A DNA stretch of 64,000 nt from Desulfuromonadaceae bacterium (GCA_028712075.1 JAQTQX010000019.1:25896-89895); one strand, 5' to 3'; shown: positions 26,164 to 36,836, counted from the stretch's first letter. Numbers and translations are program-made. The notes: generated by a model not told the origin, from the letters alone.

Positions 26164-27357
26164 ATGAAAGTTGTTATTCTTCTGGGTGATGGTATGTCGG
26201 ATATTGCGTACAGCGAACTCGGCAACAAATCCCCGCTGCAGCATGCTGCAACACCAAATATGGATTTTATGGCCATGCATGGTCAGATCGGGCTTGCTCA
26301 CACCGTTCCGGAGGGGCTGCCGCCTGGCAGTGATGTCGCCAATCTTTCTGTATTCGGATATGATCCCCGCTCCTGTTACACCGGGCGTTCACCACTTGAG
26401 GCTGTCAGTATGGGCGTCACCCTTGCTCCGGATGATGTGGCGTTCCGGATGAATCTGGTGACGCTCAAGCCACAGGGATGCTCTATCTATATGCAGGATT
26501 TTTCTGCTGACCATATTTCCACAGCTGAGGCCCGCTCTCTGGTAGAGACGCTGCAGAAGGAACTGGGTAACTCGGAATTTGAATTTTACCCCGGTGTCGG
26601 ATACCGGCATCTCATGGTCTGGCGCGGCGGAAAGGACGGTATGCGCACCACCCCGCCGCACGACATTACCGGTAAGGCGGTTCTTTCCTCTCTACCCACC
26701 GGAGATGGCGCTGATTCGCTCAACAATATCATGAATCACGCGCAGATGGTGCTGCACAGTCACCCGGTCAACGCCCGCCGCAAAGATGAAGGAAAACTTC
26801 CGGCCAATTCCGTCTGGCTCTGGGGGCATGGTAAAACGCCCCAAATTGAAACGTTCCGGAAAAAATTCGGCCTTTCTGGCGCGGTCATCTCTGCGGTTGA
26901 TTTGATCAAAGGGATCGGCGTCTGCGCCGGGCTTGATGTCATCAATGTTGAAGGAGCCACCGGTTACATTGATACCAACTATCTTGGCAAGGGGCAGGCT
27001 GCTCTCGCTGCTTTGGAACATCACGATTTTGTTTATGTTCACGTGGAAGCGCCTGACGAGGCATCGCATGCCGGCAATATGCAGCACAAGCTTCAGGCGA
27101 TAGAGGATTTTGACAGACTGGTGGTCGGAACTGTGCTGGAGGGGATCAAAAAATTCGGAGATTATGCTGTTCTCTGCATGCCTGATCATCCGACTCCGGT
27201 GAAGCTGATGACGCATACGTCTGATCCGGTTCCCTTTATTATCTATCGTGGCGGTGAAGGTGGGGGCAACGGTGCTGCATCGTATGACGAGTTCCAGGCC
27301 AAGGATACCGGTCTGATACTGGAAGGTCATATGCTGCTGCCGAAGCTGCTGTCATGA
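26164..27357 (+). CDS. apgM: cofactor-independent phosphoglycerate mutase, archaeal-type (ApgM family; also proposed as a homoserine kinase)
   Basis: MKVVILLGDGMSD..., VHVEAPDEASHAG and MPDHPTP are motifs of the metalloenzyme superfamily. Confidence 0.85.
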   Translation: MKVVILLGDGMSDIAYSELGNKSPLQHAATPNMDFMAMHGQIGLAHTVPEGLPPGSDVANLSVFGYDPRSCYTGRSPLEAVSMGVTLAPDDVAFRMNLVTLKPQGCSIYMQDFSADHISTAEARSLVETLQKELGNSEFEFYPGVGYRHLMVWRGGKDGMRTTPPHDITGKAVLSSLPTGDGADSLNNIMNHAQMVLHSHPVNARRKDEGKLPANSVWLWGHGKTPQIETFRKKFGLSGAVISAVDLIKGIGVCAGLDVINVEGATGYIDTNYLGKGQAALAALEHHDFVYVHVEAPDEASHAGNMQHKLQAIEDFDRLVVGTVLEGIKKFGDYAVLCMPDHPTPVKLMTHTSDPVPFIIYRGGEGGGNGAASYDEFQAKDTGLILEGHMLLPKLLS

Positions 27358-27383
27358 TATTGAACTATTTTACGTATAGAAAT

Positions 27384-27419
27384 GTTCAGGGCACCCGGAG
27401 TTAACCGGATGCCCTGAAC
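27384..27419. terminator. Hairpin between the convergent apgM and FecR-like genes
   Basis: GTTCAGGGCACCCGG-AGTTA-ACCGGATGCCCTGAAC, with one mismatch. Confidence 0.5.
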
Positions 27420-27421
27420 CG

Positions 27422-29077
27422 TTATTTCCTTCCTTTGGATCCCTTGCCTTCCTTGTCTCGCTGATCTTTTTCGTCTCCTTGGTCAGCTGTTCTCACCTTC
27501 CACACTTTTTTCTGCTTCTGTTCTTTCGGTGCGGTGCGTTGTCCCTGAGCTTCGCCATGACGAGTTGGTTGCTGCGATGTATGTGTATCCGTCTGAGCAG
27601 GAACCTGTGGGCGCTCTTTGCGTTCCGGACGATTTGAAGGCACAGCTGTCCTGGGTTCGGTTGATGGCTTAACCCGCTCATGGCGTACATCGGGGGCGGA
27701 ATCTTTTTTGTACTTACCGTTTTGCGCAGCGGGTGTCGGAGGAACTGCCTGTGGCCGGCCGGGACGCTGCTTCTCGATCAACCGGGGAAAACGTGTTTGC
27801 AACTCATGGGCGTTGCGATCTCTGGCGGGTGGAGGGGTAAATCGGGGTGGCGTGTGCGTGACAATCGGCATACGTGTTTCCCGAACAGGTTTGATGCGCG
27901 GACTGCCGAATGAAACTGACAGTGAAACAGCATTCGACTGGGACGGGCTTTGAAATGCGGTGCGCCCTCTTAAAAAATCATTCTGGAGAACGACACTGAA
28001 GCCGCCGCGTACATGCCTGTTCCGGTACGATACCGCTACGCCGCTGTTCATCGGCCTATCTTCAATATTAACACTGTGAGGGCCGTAGTTGCGGTGTCCA
28101 TAGAATGTTTCACCGGGAGCCAGAGGCGTCCAGCCGATGTGGCTGCCGCTATTGTACCATCCGACATAGCCCGGCCCCCAGTAAACATTGCCACGCATCG
28201 GCGGTATCCAGCACCAGCCGAATCTGCCGACAACAGCCCAGCGCCCGTAATGATACGGTGCCCATCCCCAGTTTTCGTAGGAAATCCAGACGTAGTCATC
28301 ACCTTTCCAGACCCAGCGTCCGCTCCGATACGGTGCCCAGTCAGCCGAGAGAACAACGGTGGGGTACCATACCATGCCATACTCCGGAGTACTGACCCAT
28401 CTGCCGGAGTTATCAAGTTCTCCCGCATACGCCCGCAATTCGGTGGGGAGGTTGTTATCCGATGACGCCATGCGGGACTTCAGCCTATCCCGTTCACTAT
28501 TCCACTGTTCCCAAGCATCGGGCGGATTGAGCGGCAGCAGCTCATTGTGTTCTTCTTCCAGTGCAATATGCTCCCCGGCTCGGACTTTCGTCCGGCTGCC
28601 GTTGCCTTCCACGTAGGCTGAACCTTTGAAAATGGAGACATCTTCCTGGCTGTTCGGCAGCATGTCGATGCGGAGCCGCGTTCGAGCATCAGGAAGAAGG
28701 GTCGTGTCATCAGCATCAATCTGAAGGGAGTCCTTGCCTGCGGTCGCTGATGTTTTGAGATACAGTTTGCCGCTGGCCAGATGCAGGTGGGTAAAACCCT
28801 CTTCAACAGCAATAAAGTCCAGTTGTGAGTCGCCATCAAGTCGTACCATGGTGCCGTCGGCAAGTTGGACTTCACACCTGCTCTCCGCGGGGTTCCAGAT
28901 CGCATCACCTTCATCAAAAGGTGTGTTGACCGATGCCGGCAGCCATTCCTCTGAATCGGGAGTGCGAAACATGACATCACCTTCAGTCAGCAACATTCTG
29001 GCGGGGCTGATGACGCCGGCGAGTGCGACGACAGGAAAAACAATAAGTGCCAGTACGAATATCAGCATTTTTTTCAT
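27422..29077 (-). CDS. FecR-domain protein with Trp/Gly/Tyr-rich (DUF6600-like) region and basic Pro-rich tail
   Basis: ATG 29077 follows a GGGAGG RBS and starts a signal/anchor sequence MKKMLIFVLALIVFPVVALA. The FecR-like region is EGDVMFRTPDSEEWLPA...GDAIW. Further features are YGRWAVVGRFGWCWIPP and a low-complexity tail rich in K, R, P and Q. Confidence 0.6.
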   Translation of the reverse strand: MKKMLIFVLALIVFPVVALAGVISPARMLLTEGDVMFRTPDSEEWLPASVNTPFDEGDAIWNPAESRCEVQLADGTMVRLDGDSQLDFIAVEEGFTHLHLASGKLYLKTSATAGKDSLQIDADDTTLLPDARTRLRIDMLPNSQEDVSIFKGSAYVEGNGSRTKVRAGEHIALEEEHNELLPLNPPDAWEQWNSERDRLKSRMASSDNNLPTELRAYAGELDNSGRWVSTPEYGMVWYPTVVLSADWAPYRSGRWVWKGDDYVWISYENWGWAPYHYGRWAVVGRFGWCWIPPMRGNVYWGPGYVGWYNSGSHIGWTPLAPGETFYGHRNYGPHSVNIEDRPMNSGVAVSYRNRHVRGGFSVVLQNDFLRGRTAFQSPSQSNAVSLSVSFGSPRIKPVRETRMPIVTHTPPRFTPPPARDRNAHELQTRFPRLIEKQRPGRPQAVPPTPAAQNGKYKKDSAPDVRHERVKPSTEPRTAVPSNRPERKERPQVPAQTDTHTSQQPTRHGEAQGQRTAPKEQKQKKVWKVRTADQGDEKDQRDKEGKGSKGRK

Positions 29078-29308
29078 AATGTCTGCCTCCCGGGATAAAA
29101 TCAAATATGTCTTTTCATGATAACACATAGATTAGTACAAAGATTATGCCATCACACTATATCAATCATTTCAACATGTTACGAAATATGCTGTCGAATA
29201 AAACGACTCAAATAAGGCACACCATGAGCCATTTGCAGTTACCGTTGGAATCAGGAGAAGCGCCGGAGGGGGCTTGACTCTCGTTACGATAATTACCATA
29301 ATGCCGCC

Positions 29309-30307
29309 ATGTTTTCCACCACTCAGTCACCCACCTCATTGTTCATGAATTCGCTTCGTATAGTCCTGCTTGCTGGCCTTTTCTGGTATCTGTTCAACCT
29401 GTTTTCAGCGCCGGGTAACGGCTCAATAATATACACGGTTTCATTCCCTCCCGGCAGCGGCATTCACAAGCTGGCCAGCGAGCTTGAAACCGGTGGCGTC
29501 ATTCGCAGTTCATGGCACTTTATTCTTATGACCCGGCTTCGGGGTGCCGCGCATCGCTTGAAAGCCGGTGATTACAATCTTTCAGATAACATGACCCCTC
29601 CCGAGATTCTCGCAAAAATTGTTTTGGGAGAATCGGATTACCGAAAATTCACCCTGCCTGAAGGATACTCCCTGTTTCAGGCAGCTGAGTTGTTGGAGCA
29701 AAAAGGGTACTTCAAAAAAAGCGTGTTTCTGGAAAAATGTCGAGACTCACGATTGTTAGAGCGTTTTGGAATTACAGAAGCGAGTGCAGAGGGGTATCTG
29801 TACCCGGCCACCTACAATCTCTCATTCGGGGGGGGGGAGGAACAGCTGCTGGTACAGATGATCGGGAGGTTTAACCAGGTTTTTGTATCACTGCCGGACG
29901 GGGAGGGGAAGAGACTATTTTCCCGTCACGAACTTATCACACTGGCATCATTAATAGAGAAGGAAGCTATTCTGGCAGATGAAAAACCGATTATTGCATC
30001 AGTATTTTATAATCGTCTGCGTGTCGGCATGCCGTTGCAGAGTGACCCGACGGCGGTGTACGGAGTGCGTGCCTTTTCCGGAAAAATAACAAAGGCCGAT
30101 ATCCAGAACCGTACGCCGTATAATACCTATCTCATTAAAGGCCTTCCCCCCGGCCCGATTGGCAACCCGGGCAAGGATGCCATGGAAGCGGCAATAAAAC
30201 CGGCACAAACGGACTACCTCTATTTTGTCGCCCGCCAGGACGGCACCCATCAGTTTTCTCGCACTCTCGCTGAACATAATAAAGCCGTCGTACGCTATCT
30301 TCGATAA
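29309..30307 (+). CDS. mltG: endolytic murein transglycosylase MltG (YceG-like)
   Basis: LASLIEKEA, SVFYNRL..GMPLQSDPT, YNTYLIKGLPPGPIGNPG and YLYFVARQDGTHQFS. Confidence 0.9.
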   Translation: MFSTTQSPTSLFMNSLRIVLLAGLFWYLFNLFSAPGNGSIIYTVSFPPGSGIHKLASELETGGVIRSSWHFILMTRLRGAAHRLKAGDYNLSDNMTPPEILAKIVLGESDYRKFTLPEGYSLFQAAELLEQKGYFKKSVFLEKCRDSRLLERFGITEASAEGYLYPATYNLSFGGGEEQLLVQMIGRFNQVFVSLPDGEGKRLFSRHELITLASLIEKEAILADEKPIIASVFYNRLRVGMPLQSDPTAVYGVRAFSGKITKADIQNRTPYNTYLIKGLPPGPIGNPGKDAMEAAIKPAQTDYLYFVARQDGTHQFSRTLAEHNKAVVRYLR

Positions 30308-30322
30308 CGCCTGTTTTGGGTG

Positions 30323-31483
30323 TTACCTGTGTGGTTGAGAAATTATATCGATAACAGTAATTTCCGGTGGGGCGAATAAGCGCATCGGGGGGCCCCAGGT
30401 GCCGGTGCCGCGAGATACATGGATGCGTGACCCAGCCTTGGTAATTGTTGTTCCGCACGGAATCGGGTATTGGAGCCTGACAAGAAAATTGAACGGAAAA
30501 ATCTGCCCGTCATGAACATGACCGGAAAGTTGCAGGTCAAAGCGACCGTCATTTTCCGGCTCAATCTCCGGCCGGTGCTTTAACAGAAGCTGGAACGATT
30601 CATGCGGTACCGATTTGATCAAAGCAGCTTCAGCAGCAGGATCGGCACGCCTGCCAGGATTGGCGGCTTGATCATCAATCCCGGTAATTGTAATGCCGTT
30701 GGCAAGGTGGACTGACCGATTCCGGAGGAGAATATAGCCTGCGGATTGACTGAAGGCGAGCGACTGAGGCAAACCGGCGTACACCTCATGATTGCCAATT
30801 ACGGCATACTTTCCGCCGGGAGCCGATAGTGCTGCAAGCCGTGCTGCATAAGGATTGGCACCGGTAATCATGTCATCCCGATTCAGTTTGCCATCAACCA
30901 GATCGCCGGTGCAGACAAGAATATCCGGCCCGGTCTTTTCAATGGCACTCAGAATATTCTGAAAACGCTTTTCTTCGAGCAGAAGCCCGACGTGCACATC
31001 CGAAATCTGGACAATGCGTATTCGTGGGGTGGATGAAGCGATTTTATCAGAGGCGATCACAACGTGTTCACTGCGGATCTGCTCTGCCTCGATAGTTGCA
31101 TAGATACTTGCGGTCACTGCAATCAACAGGGCTACTGAGCAGGTGACGCCGGGAGCCGCACAGAACTGATGGTGCGGAGACACTCGGCGACGTATGAATC
31201 GATAGGTATAGCTGCTTACATCAATGAAAAACAAAATGGAGGAAAATATCAGCAGGAAACCCATCCAAAGATACCCGGGCCATGCAAGATACGGCGCTGC
31301 TGCCTCATTACCAGAATGTTCCGCAAGACGGACAAGGAGCGGAATAACGGTCATGAAACTCATCCAGGCAATCAAGGCATAGCTCGTGAGCTGACCGGGA
31401 TGGAAAGCTTTACGCAGCCTGCTGTACACGAAGAAATGCATTCCTCCGTAGAGGGAAAGGAAGATGATCAGGAAGGTGAACAA
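30323..31483 (-). CDS. membrane-anchored metallophosphoesterase
   Basis: N-terminal TM segments, then QISDVHVG, TGDLVDG, GNHE and GHVH. Confidence 0.85.
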   Translation of the reverse strand: MFTFLIIFLSLYGGMHFFVYSRLRKAFHPGQLTSYALIAWMSFMTVIPLLVRLAEHSGNEAAAPYLAWPGYLWMGFLLIFSSILFFIDVSSYTYRFIRRRVSPHHQFCAAPGVTCSVALLIAVTASIYATIEAEQIRSEHVVIASDKIASSTPRIRIVQISDVHVGLLLEEKRFQNILSAIEKTGPDILVCTGDLVDGKLNRDDMITGANPYAARLAALSAPGGKYAVIGNHEVYAGLPQSLAFSQSAGYILLRNRSVHLANGITITGIDDQAANPGRRADPAAEAALIKSVPHESFQLLLKHRPEIEPENDGRFDLQLSGHVHDGQIFPFNFLVRLQYPIPCGTTITKAGSRIHVSRGTGTWGPPMRLFAPPEITVIDIISQPHR

Positions 31484-32124
31484 TTGACATGCTCCTTGAC
31501 ACCGCCAAAGGTCAGGCGATGGATGGGGGAGGGGCCGAGCCTTTTGATGGCATCCAGGTGAGACGCGCTGCCGTATCCTTTATGGCCGGCAAAGCCATAG
31601 CCGGGATATTGCTCGTCCATTTCAACCATGAACCGGTCACGGGTTACTTTGGCGATAATTGAAGCGGCGGCAATGGAAAGACTGAGAGAGTCCCCCTTTT
31701 TAATGGTTTTCTGGGGTATCGTGCTGTCAATTGTACTGATGCCATCGATCAGCAAAAAGTTTGGTTGAAGTGAAAGGTTATTAACTGCAGCCAGCATTGC
31801 TCCGCGCGTGGCCTGCAGAATGTTGATCCGATCAATGTCGGTTTCAGTCATAACGCCAATGCCGACTGAGAGAGCTTGTGTCATGATGACATCAAATAGT
31901 CTCTCCCGTTTGGCTGGAGAGAGCTTTTTGGAATCGTCAACCCCGCGGATCGTGAGGTCATGAGGAAGAATTACCGCCGCTGCCATGACCGGGCCGGCCA
32001 GCGGGCCCCGCCCCGCCTCGTCGATTCCTGCGACATGCCGATAGCCGTTGGTATGAGCTATCTTTTCATACAGGAGCGTGTCAACCACGCCTGTTGGGGA
32101 AAAAAGCTCGCCTTGAAACGTCAT
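31468..32124 (-). CDS. rnhB: ribonuclease HII
   Basis: VAGIDEAGRGPLAGPV, DSKKL and GYGSASH. Confidence 0.92.
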   Translation of the reverse strand: MTFQGELFSPTGVVDTLLYEKIAHTNGYRHVAGIDEAGRGPLAGPVMAAAVILPHDLTIRGVDDSKKLSPAKRERLFDVIMTQALSVGIGVMTETDIDRINILQATRGAMLAAVNNLSLQPNFLLIDGISTIDSTIPQKTIKKGDSLSLSIAAASIIAKVTRDRFMVEMDEQYPGYGFAGHKGYGSASHLDAIKRLGPSPIHRLTFGGVKEHVNCSPS

Positions 32125-32135
32125 GTGCTATCCTT

Positions 32136-32166
32136 GAAACAGAAAACCCCGCAGGAGCGGGGTTTT
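32136..32166 (-). terminator. Terminator/attenuator hairpin after rplS
   Basis: The minus strand reads GAAAACCCCGC-TCCT-GCGGGGTTTTC followed by TGTTTC. Confidence 0.65.
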
Positions 32167-32177
32167 CTGACGGTGAA

Positions 32178-32537
32178 TTATTTTGCAACCGGTACGTATT
32201 TTTTCTCGCGAATTCTGGCAGCCTTGCCGCGCAGTTTGCGCAGATAATACAGTTTAGCACGGCGGACGTGGCCGCGAACCATGATTTCAATAGTCTCAAT
32301 ATTGGGCGAATGAAGAGGGAACGTCCTTTCAACGCCAATGTTGTTGGATATTTTACGCACCGTGAATGTTTCACGTATGCCGCCATTCTGACGTGCAATA
32401 CAGACGCCCTGATATGCCTGGATACGCTGTTTGTCACCCTCAACAATTTTAACATGTACTTTTACGGTGTCCCCGACCTTGAAAGGGACAATATTCTTCT
32501 TCATTTGGTCAAATTCCAGAAAATCGATGGTGTTCAT
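32178..32537 (-). CDS. rplS: 50S ribosomal protein L19
   Basis: [40 protein letters not shown]. Confidence 0.95.
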   Translation of the reverse strand: MNTIDFLEFDQMKKNIVPFKVGDTVKVHVKIVEGDKQRIQAYQGVCIARQNGGIRETFTVRKISNNIGVERTFPLHSPNIETIEIMVRGHVRRAKLYYLRKLRGKAARIREKKYVPVAK

Positions 32538-32540
32538 TGG

Positions 32541-33173
32541 TTACCTTCCTCCTGTATGGTACTCGGTTTGTGAGTTTTGTATATCTTCCCGTTCTATTCC
32601 TTTAAGTCGATCAAGCATAATTGCAGCAGCAGAACGTACCGAGAGGTGATTATATGTTTCATTGCCCGCAATTGGTTCAAGTATCAGGTCAGCTGCTGAA
32701 AAACACTCGTCAGTCAATCCCCATCCGGTACCTAACAGAAGCAGATACGGTTGGTCGACATCCTGAATGAGCCGTCGGAACAGTCCCAACGGAGTTGAGT
32801 CGGGACGTTGCGCAGCGCCTGTGACAGCCGTCTTGACCGGTTTGCTGAATCCGGTTTGATAATCTGCTATTGCCGATGCAATCGATGGAGTTACCCTAAC
32901 AATATCAAGGGCTTGTCTGCGATCGGGGTTATAGTCTGCTCCCCAACCCTGCTGCCAGTGGCCACTGATCCGCTCCGCCAGTTTTCGCTGCTCTTCGGAT
33001 GGGGTCACAATATAAAAGCGATCAAGTCCGAATGTTTTCGATGAACGGGCAATATCGTGCTGATCAAGGTTTGTCAGCGCGGAGGTAACAACCTCGTGAT
33101 GTTTGTTGTACACCGGATAATGAACAAGGGCGACAGCCAGGTTGTTACAGGCCACCAGTTGCCTCCCGCTCAA
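32541..33173 (-). CDS. SPOUT-like SAM-dependent RNA methyltransferase (Methyltrn_RNA_4/DUF2168-like)
   Basis: [41 protein letters not shown] and [17 protein letters not shown]. Confidence 0.7.
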   Translation of the reverse strand: MSGRQLVACNNLAVALVHYPVYNKHHEVVTSALTNLDQHDIARSSKTFGLDRFYIVTPSEEQRKLAERISGHWQQGWGADYNPDRRQALDIVRVTPSIASAIADYQTGFSKPVKTAVTGAAQRPDSTPLGLFRRLIQDVDQPYLLLLGTGWGLTDECFSAADLILEPIAGNETYNHLSVRSAAAIMLDRLKGIEREDIQNSQTEYHTGGR

Positions 33174-33888
33174 TATCAGCCAACATGCGATGATCTTCTC
33201 GTGTCAGAGGTGCCTTCGCAAGTAAATCCGGCCGCAACACCTTGGTCTTGCGGAGTGATTCTTTGCGCCGCCACTTTCTGATTAGTTCGTGATGCCCGGA
33301 AAGCAGTGCGTCCGGTACCGTTATACCGTTAAATTCCGGCGGTCGGGTATAATGCGGATACTCCAGCAGGCCGTCACTGAACGAATCAGATTCAGCCGAT
33401 TCGCTGCTGCCAAGCACTCCCGGAATCAGGCGGGCCACCGAGTCGACAATTGCCATAGCGGCTATTTCGCCACCCGAAAGAACAAAATCACCAAGAGAAA
33501 TATCATCTTCGACGTACAGGGAACGGATCCGTTCGTCAATCCCTTCGTAGCGTCCACAGACGATAATCAAGCCGGGACGACAGGCATATTCGGCGGCAAT
33601 GTCATGAGTAAGACGTCGTCCATGGGGCGATGTAAGCAGAACAGTTGATGACGGGCTTTGAGCCTTGACTGACTCAATACATGCTGCCAGTGGTTCTGCC
33701 TTCATGACCATTCCGGCACCGCCGCCGTAGGGTGAGTCATCAGCCGTCTGGTGACGATCAACCGCCCAATCACGAATGTTGTGCATCGAAATGTCAATGA
33801 GCTGTTTATCTTTTGCCCGCTTGATGATGCTTTCATCAAATGGACCGGAAAACATGCCGGGAAACAGGGTAAGAATGTCAAATCTCAT
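33145..33888 (-). CDS. trmD: tRNA (guanine37-N1)-methyltransferase
   Basis: [34 protein letters not shown] and [11 protein letters not shown]. Confidence 0.95.
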   Translation of the reverse strand: MRFDILTLFPGMFSGPFDESIIKRAKDKQLIDISMHNIRDWAVDRHQTADDSPYGGGAGMVMKAEPLAACIESVKAQSPSSTVLLTSPHGRRLTHDIAAEYACRPGLIIVCGRYEGIDERIRSLYVEDDISLGDFVLSGGEIAAMAIVDSVARLIPGVLGSSESAESDSFSDGLLEYPHYTRPPEFNGITVPDALLSGHHELIRKWRRKESLRKTKVLRPDLLAKAPLTREDHRMLADIEREATGGL

Positions 33889-34406
33889 AAATCAAGCAGC
33901 CCGTCGAGCGGGGTAATAACCATTTTCTTTCCCGGAAGGTCAATGCTGTCAATGACATCGGCAATGGCGGGGATCAGATATTCCTTCTGTTCACCGCGTA
34001 CAACATAAATGTCGCTACTGCCGGTTTCAAAGATATCTACAATGGTGCCCAGCGTGGTTCCGGTATCGGTCTGAACAGAGAGGCCGAGCAGGTCACACCA
34101 GTAATACTCATCTTCATCAGGAACAGGCAATTGACTGCGTTCCAGACAGAGCTCCGACCCGACGAGTGGCAAAACCTGATTTATATCGGAAAAATCATCC
34201 AGACCGAGGATGAAACCGCTACTATGAGGTGAAACCCGCGTGATCCCGTACTCGCGAAGGACACCATCTTTCCCTTTCATGAACACGATTTTCGCGGCGT
34301 GCAGACTCTGAATATTTCCGGAATAAGAGAAAACTTTTAATAATCCCTTGATTCCATGAGTACCGATTATTTTGCCAACCGGTAGCAGTTCATTTGGATC
34401 AGCCAT
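33885..34406 (-). CDS. rimM: 16S rRNA processing protein RimM
   Basis: [14 protein letters not shown] and [10 protein letters not shown]. It sits in the conserved position between the KH gene and trmD. Confidence 0.9.
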   Translation of the reverse strand: MADPNELLPVGKIIGTHGIKGLLKVFSYSGNIQSLHAAKIVFMKGKDGVLREYGITRVSPHSSGFILGLDDFSDINQVLPLVGSELCLERSQLPVPDEDEYYWCDLLGLSVQTDTGTTLGTIVDIFETGSSDIYVVRGEQKEYLIPAIADVIDSIDLPGKKMVITPLDGLLDL

Positions 34407-34636
34407 TACTCTACAATCTTGAGGGTTGCCTTCTTGTTGTCTTTTGTGGAAACTGCATTAAGAATGGTGCGGACAGCCTTGGCTGTTCGACCTTCCTTGC
34501 CGATGATTCGTCCCATATCTTCCTTGGCAACAGTCAGGCTGATTACCAGTGTATCATCTTCAGTCGTTTCGGTCGCATGTACTTGAGTAGGGTCATCAAC
34601 CAGCGCTTTTGCAATACTTTCAACAAGAGTCTTCAT
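34406..34636 (-). CDS. KH-domain RNA-binding protein (UPF0109/YlqC-like)
   Basis: VAKEDMGRIIGKEGRTAKAVRTIL. Confidence 0.85.
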   Translation of the reverse strand: MKTLVESIAKALVDDPTQVHATETTEDDTLVISLTVAKEDMGRIIGKEGRTAKAVRTILNAVSTKDNKKATLKIVE

Positions 34637-34693
34637 GGCGGTGTCCTCTGCTTCTCATAGAGAGTGCCCGGCGTACCGGAAGAACAGGATGCG

Positions 34694-34960
34694 TTAAACG
34701 ACTGTTGCCGGTGTTTTATCAAGAAGTCCGGCATTCTTCAGAAGCTGACGAACAGTATCGGTCGGTTGTGCACCTTTACTCAGCCACTCAGACGCTCTCT
34801 CTGCTTTAAGTTTAACGATAGCCGGATTCTTTGTCGGATCATATGTTCCGACATTTTCGATGAAGCTGCCATCTCTGCGGCTCCTCTCATCAGCAACGAC
34901 AATCTGGTAAAAAGGTCTTTTTTTAGCGCCTGCGCGAGCAAGCCTGATTTTTGTAGCCAT
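34694..34960 (-). CDS. rpsP: 30S ribosomal protein S16
   Basis: [40 protein letters not shown]. Confidence 0.95.
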   Translation of the reverse strand: MATKIRLARAGAKKRPFYQIVVADERSRRDGSFIENVGTYDPTKNPAIVKLKAERASEWLSKGAQPTDTVRQLLKNAGLLDKTPATVV

Positions 34961-35022
34961 TGGTGATTCCTCCTGATTTTGTCCTTCTGGAATATATTAT
35001 GAACTCATGAACAGAATAGAGA

Positions 35023-36384
35023 TTAGCGGAACGGCATCATGCCTTTTCCGAGTCCCCCCATTCCTTTAAGGAGCCCCTTTGGACCAAGTCTCTGCATCAT
35101 TTTCATCATTTTTTGTGCTTCAGAAAAGCGTTTGAGTAGCAGATTAACTTCCTGTACGGTCGTGCCGCTTCCTTTTGATATGCGCAGGCGGCGACTGCCG
35201 TTAATTATACCGTGGTTAGCTCTCTCACCGGGTGTCATTGAGCGGATGATCGCCTCAATACGCTTGATTTCACTCTCGCTCGGCTGGGTACCCTTCATCT
35301 GTTTCATCATTTTGCCCATACCGGGAATCATGCCCATAATCGATTCCATAGAGCCAAGCTTTTTAATCTGCTGCATCTGTGCGAGAAAATCTTCCAGATC
35401 AAACTGGTTCTTCTTTAGTTTTTGCTGAAGAGCAACAGTCTCATTTTCATCAAAAAGTGACTGTGCTTTTTCGACGAGGGTCAGGACATCACCCATGCCA
35501 AGAATACGTGAAACGAGGCGATCAGCGTGAAAAACCTCCAACGCATCCAGCTTTTCACCAAGGCCGACAAATTTTATCGGTTTACCGGTAACCGCCTTAA
35601 TCGAAAGAGCGGCTCCGCCTTTTGCATCGCCATCAAGCTTGGAAAGCACAACGCCGCTGATCTCAAGGCGATCATTAAAACCACTGGCAACAGTTACCGC
35701 TTCCTGACCGGTCATGGCGTCAGCCACAAAAAGAATTTCACGAGGCTGAACAGCACCCTTGATCTCGCTCAACTCATTCATCAGGAAATCATCAATCTGA
35801 TGACGTCCAGCCGTATCGAGAAGGACCGTGTCGTAGCCGTTCAATTCTGCAAACTTCATGGCGCAGACGCAGATATCAAGTGGTTTCTGATCTGCACTTG
35901 AGGCAAAAACATCAATACCGAGCTGGCGACCGACTGTTTTCAACTGTTCTATTGCAGCAGGACGATATACATCAGCCGGCACCAAAAGCGGGCGGCGTTT
36001 CTGCTTTTTGAGCAGATTGCCAAGTTTGCCGCACGTTGTTGTTTTTCCGGCACCCTGCAGGCCAACCATCATGATGGCGACCGGCGGTTTTGCGGCAAGA
36101 TCGAGAGAGTTGTCTTCATCGCCTCCCATGACCAGTACAAGCTCATCATGGACGATTCTGATAACCTGCTGGCCAGGTGACAAACTGGTCAACACTTCAG
36201 TACCGACGGACTTGACCCGCACCTTCTCGACAAAATCCCTGACTACCTTGAAGTTTACGTCTGCCTCAAGAAGTGCGAGACGAACCTCGCGTAAAGCCTC
36301 CTTGATATTCTCCTCGGTCATTACACCCTGACCGCGAAGTTTTTTAAAGACGGATTCAAGTTTGTCGGATAGGCTGTCAAACAT
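35023..36384 (-). CDS. ffh: signal recognition particle protein Ffh
   Basis: GLQGAGKTTT, DTAGR and a Met-rich M domain (MGMIPGMGKMMKQM). Confidence 0.96.
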   Translation of the reverse strand: MFDSLSDKLESVFKKLRGQGVMTEENIKEALREVRLALLEADVNFKVVRDFVEKVRVKSVGTEVLTSLSPGQQVIRIVHDELVLVMGGDEDNSLDLAAKPPVAIMMVGLQGAGKTTTCGKLGNLLKKQKRRPLLVPADVYRPAAIEQLKTVGRQLGIDVFASSADQKPLDICVCAMKFAELNGYDTVLLDTAGRHQIDDFLMNELSEIKGAVQPREILFVADAMTGQEAVTVASGFNDRLEISGVVLSKLDGDAKGGAALSIKAVTGKPIKFVGLGEKLDALEVFHADRLVSRILGMGDVLTLVEKAQSLFDENETVALQQKLKKNQFDLEDFLAQMQQIKKLGSMESIMGMIPGMGKMMKQMKGTQPSESEIKRIEAIIRSMTPGERANHGIINGSRRLRISKGSGTTVQEVNLLLKRFSEAQKMMKMMQRLGPKGLLKGMGGLGKGMMPFR

Positions 36385-36518
36385 CGTGGGTATTGTAGTC
36401 CCGATACAAATTTATTCCAAAAGGGGATCACTATAAAGGGGTGGTGTGCGTGATGTCAAGAACTATTTGTTTTTAAAGCTGTATTGGTCGGGGGTATTCT
36501 TCGTATCCCGCGAGTTGA

Positions 36519-36836
36519 TCAGTCTCGACATATCAACTTTTCTGCACCGTCTGCTGCACTTTGTGTGGTGCCGTTGCTACGGTTCCAGATCACTTCATAG
36601 TGGGCATCACTAACTTTACGATAAATGGTGTCCGGCGGGACCGTTTCGGCAGTAAGAATCTGTGTGACAGCGTCGTAAAAGGTGTCATCAAAGCGAATGG
36701 CCAGTCCGCAATCAGTCGAGAAAGCCCTCGGTGCAGGTATGAGCAGGATGGTAATGCCCGCCTTTTTAAGGACATATTCTGCTTTCATAACGCGATGTGC
36801 CGAGTTGAAAACTGCAAACAACAGGTCTGTAGGCAT
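36519..36836 (-). CDS. DUF3343-domain protein (putative Se/S carrier-like)
   Basis: LLFAVFNSAHRVMKAEYVLKKAGI...IPAPRAFSTDCGLAIRF. Confidence 0.6.
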   Translation of the reverse strand: MPTDLLFAVFNSAHRVMKAEYVLKKAGITILLIPAPRAFSTDCGLAIRFDDTFYDAVTQILTAETVPPDTIYRKVSDAHYEVIWNRSNGTTQSAADGAEKLICRD

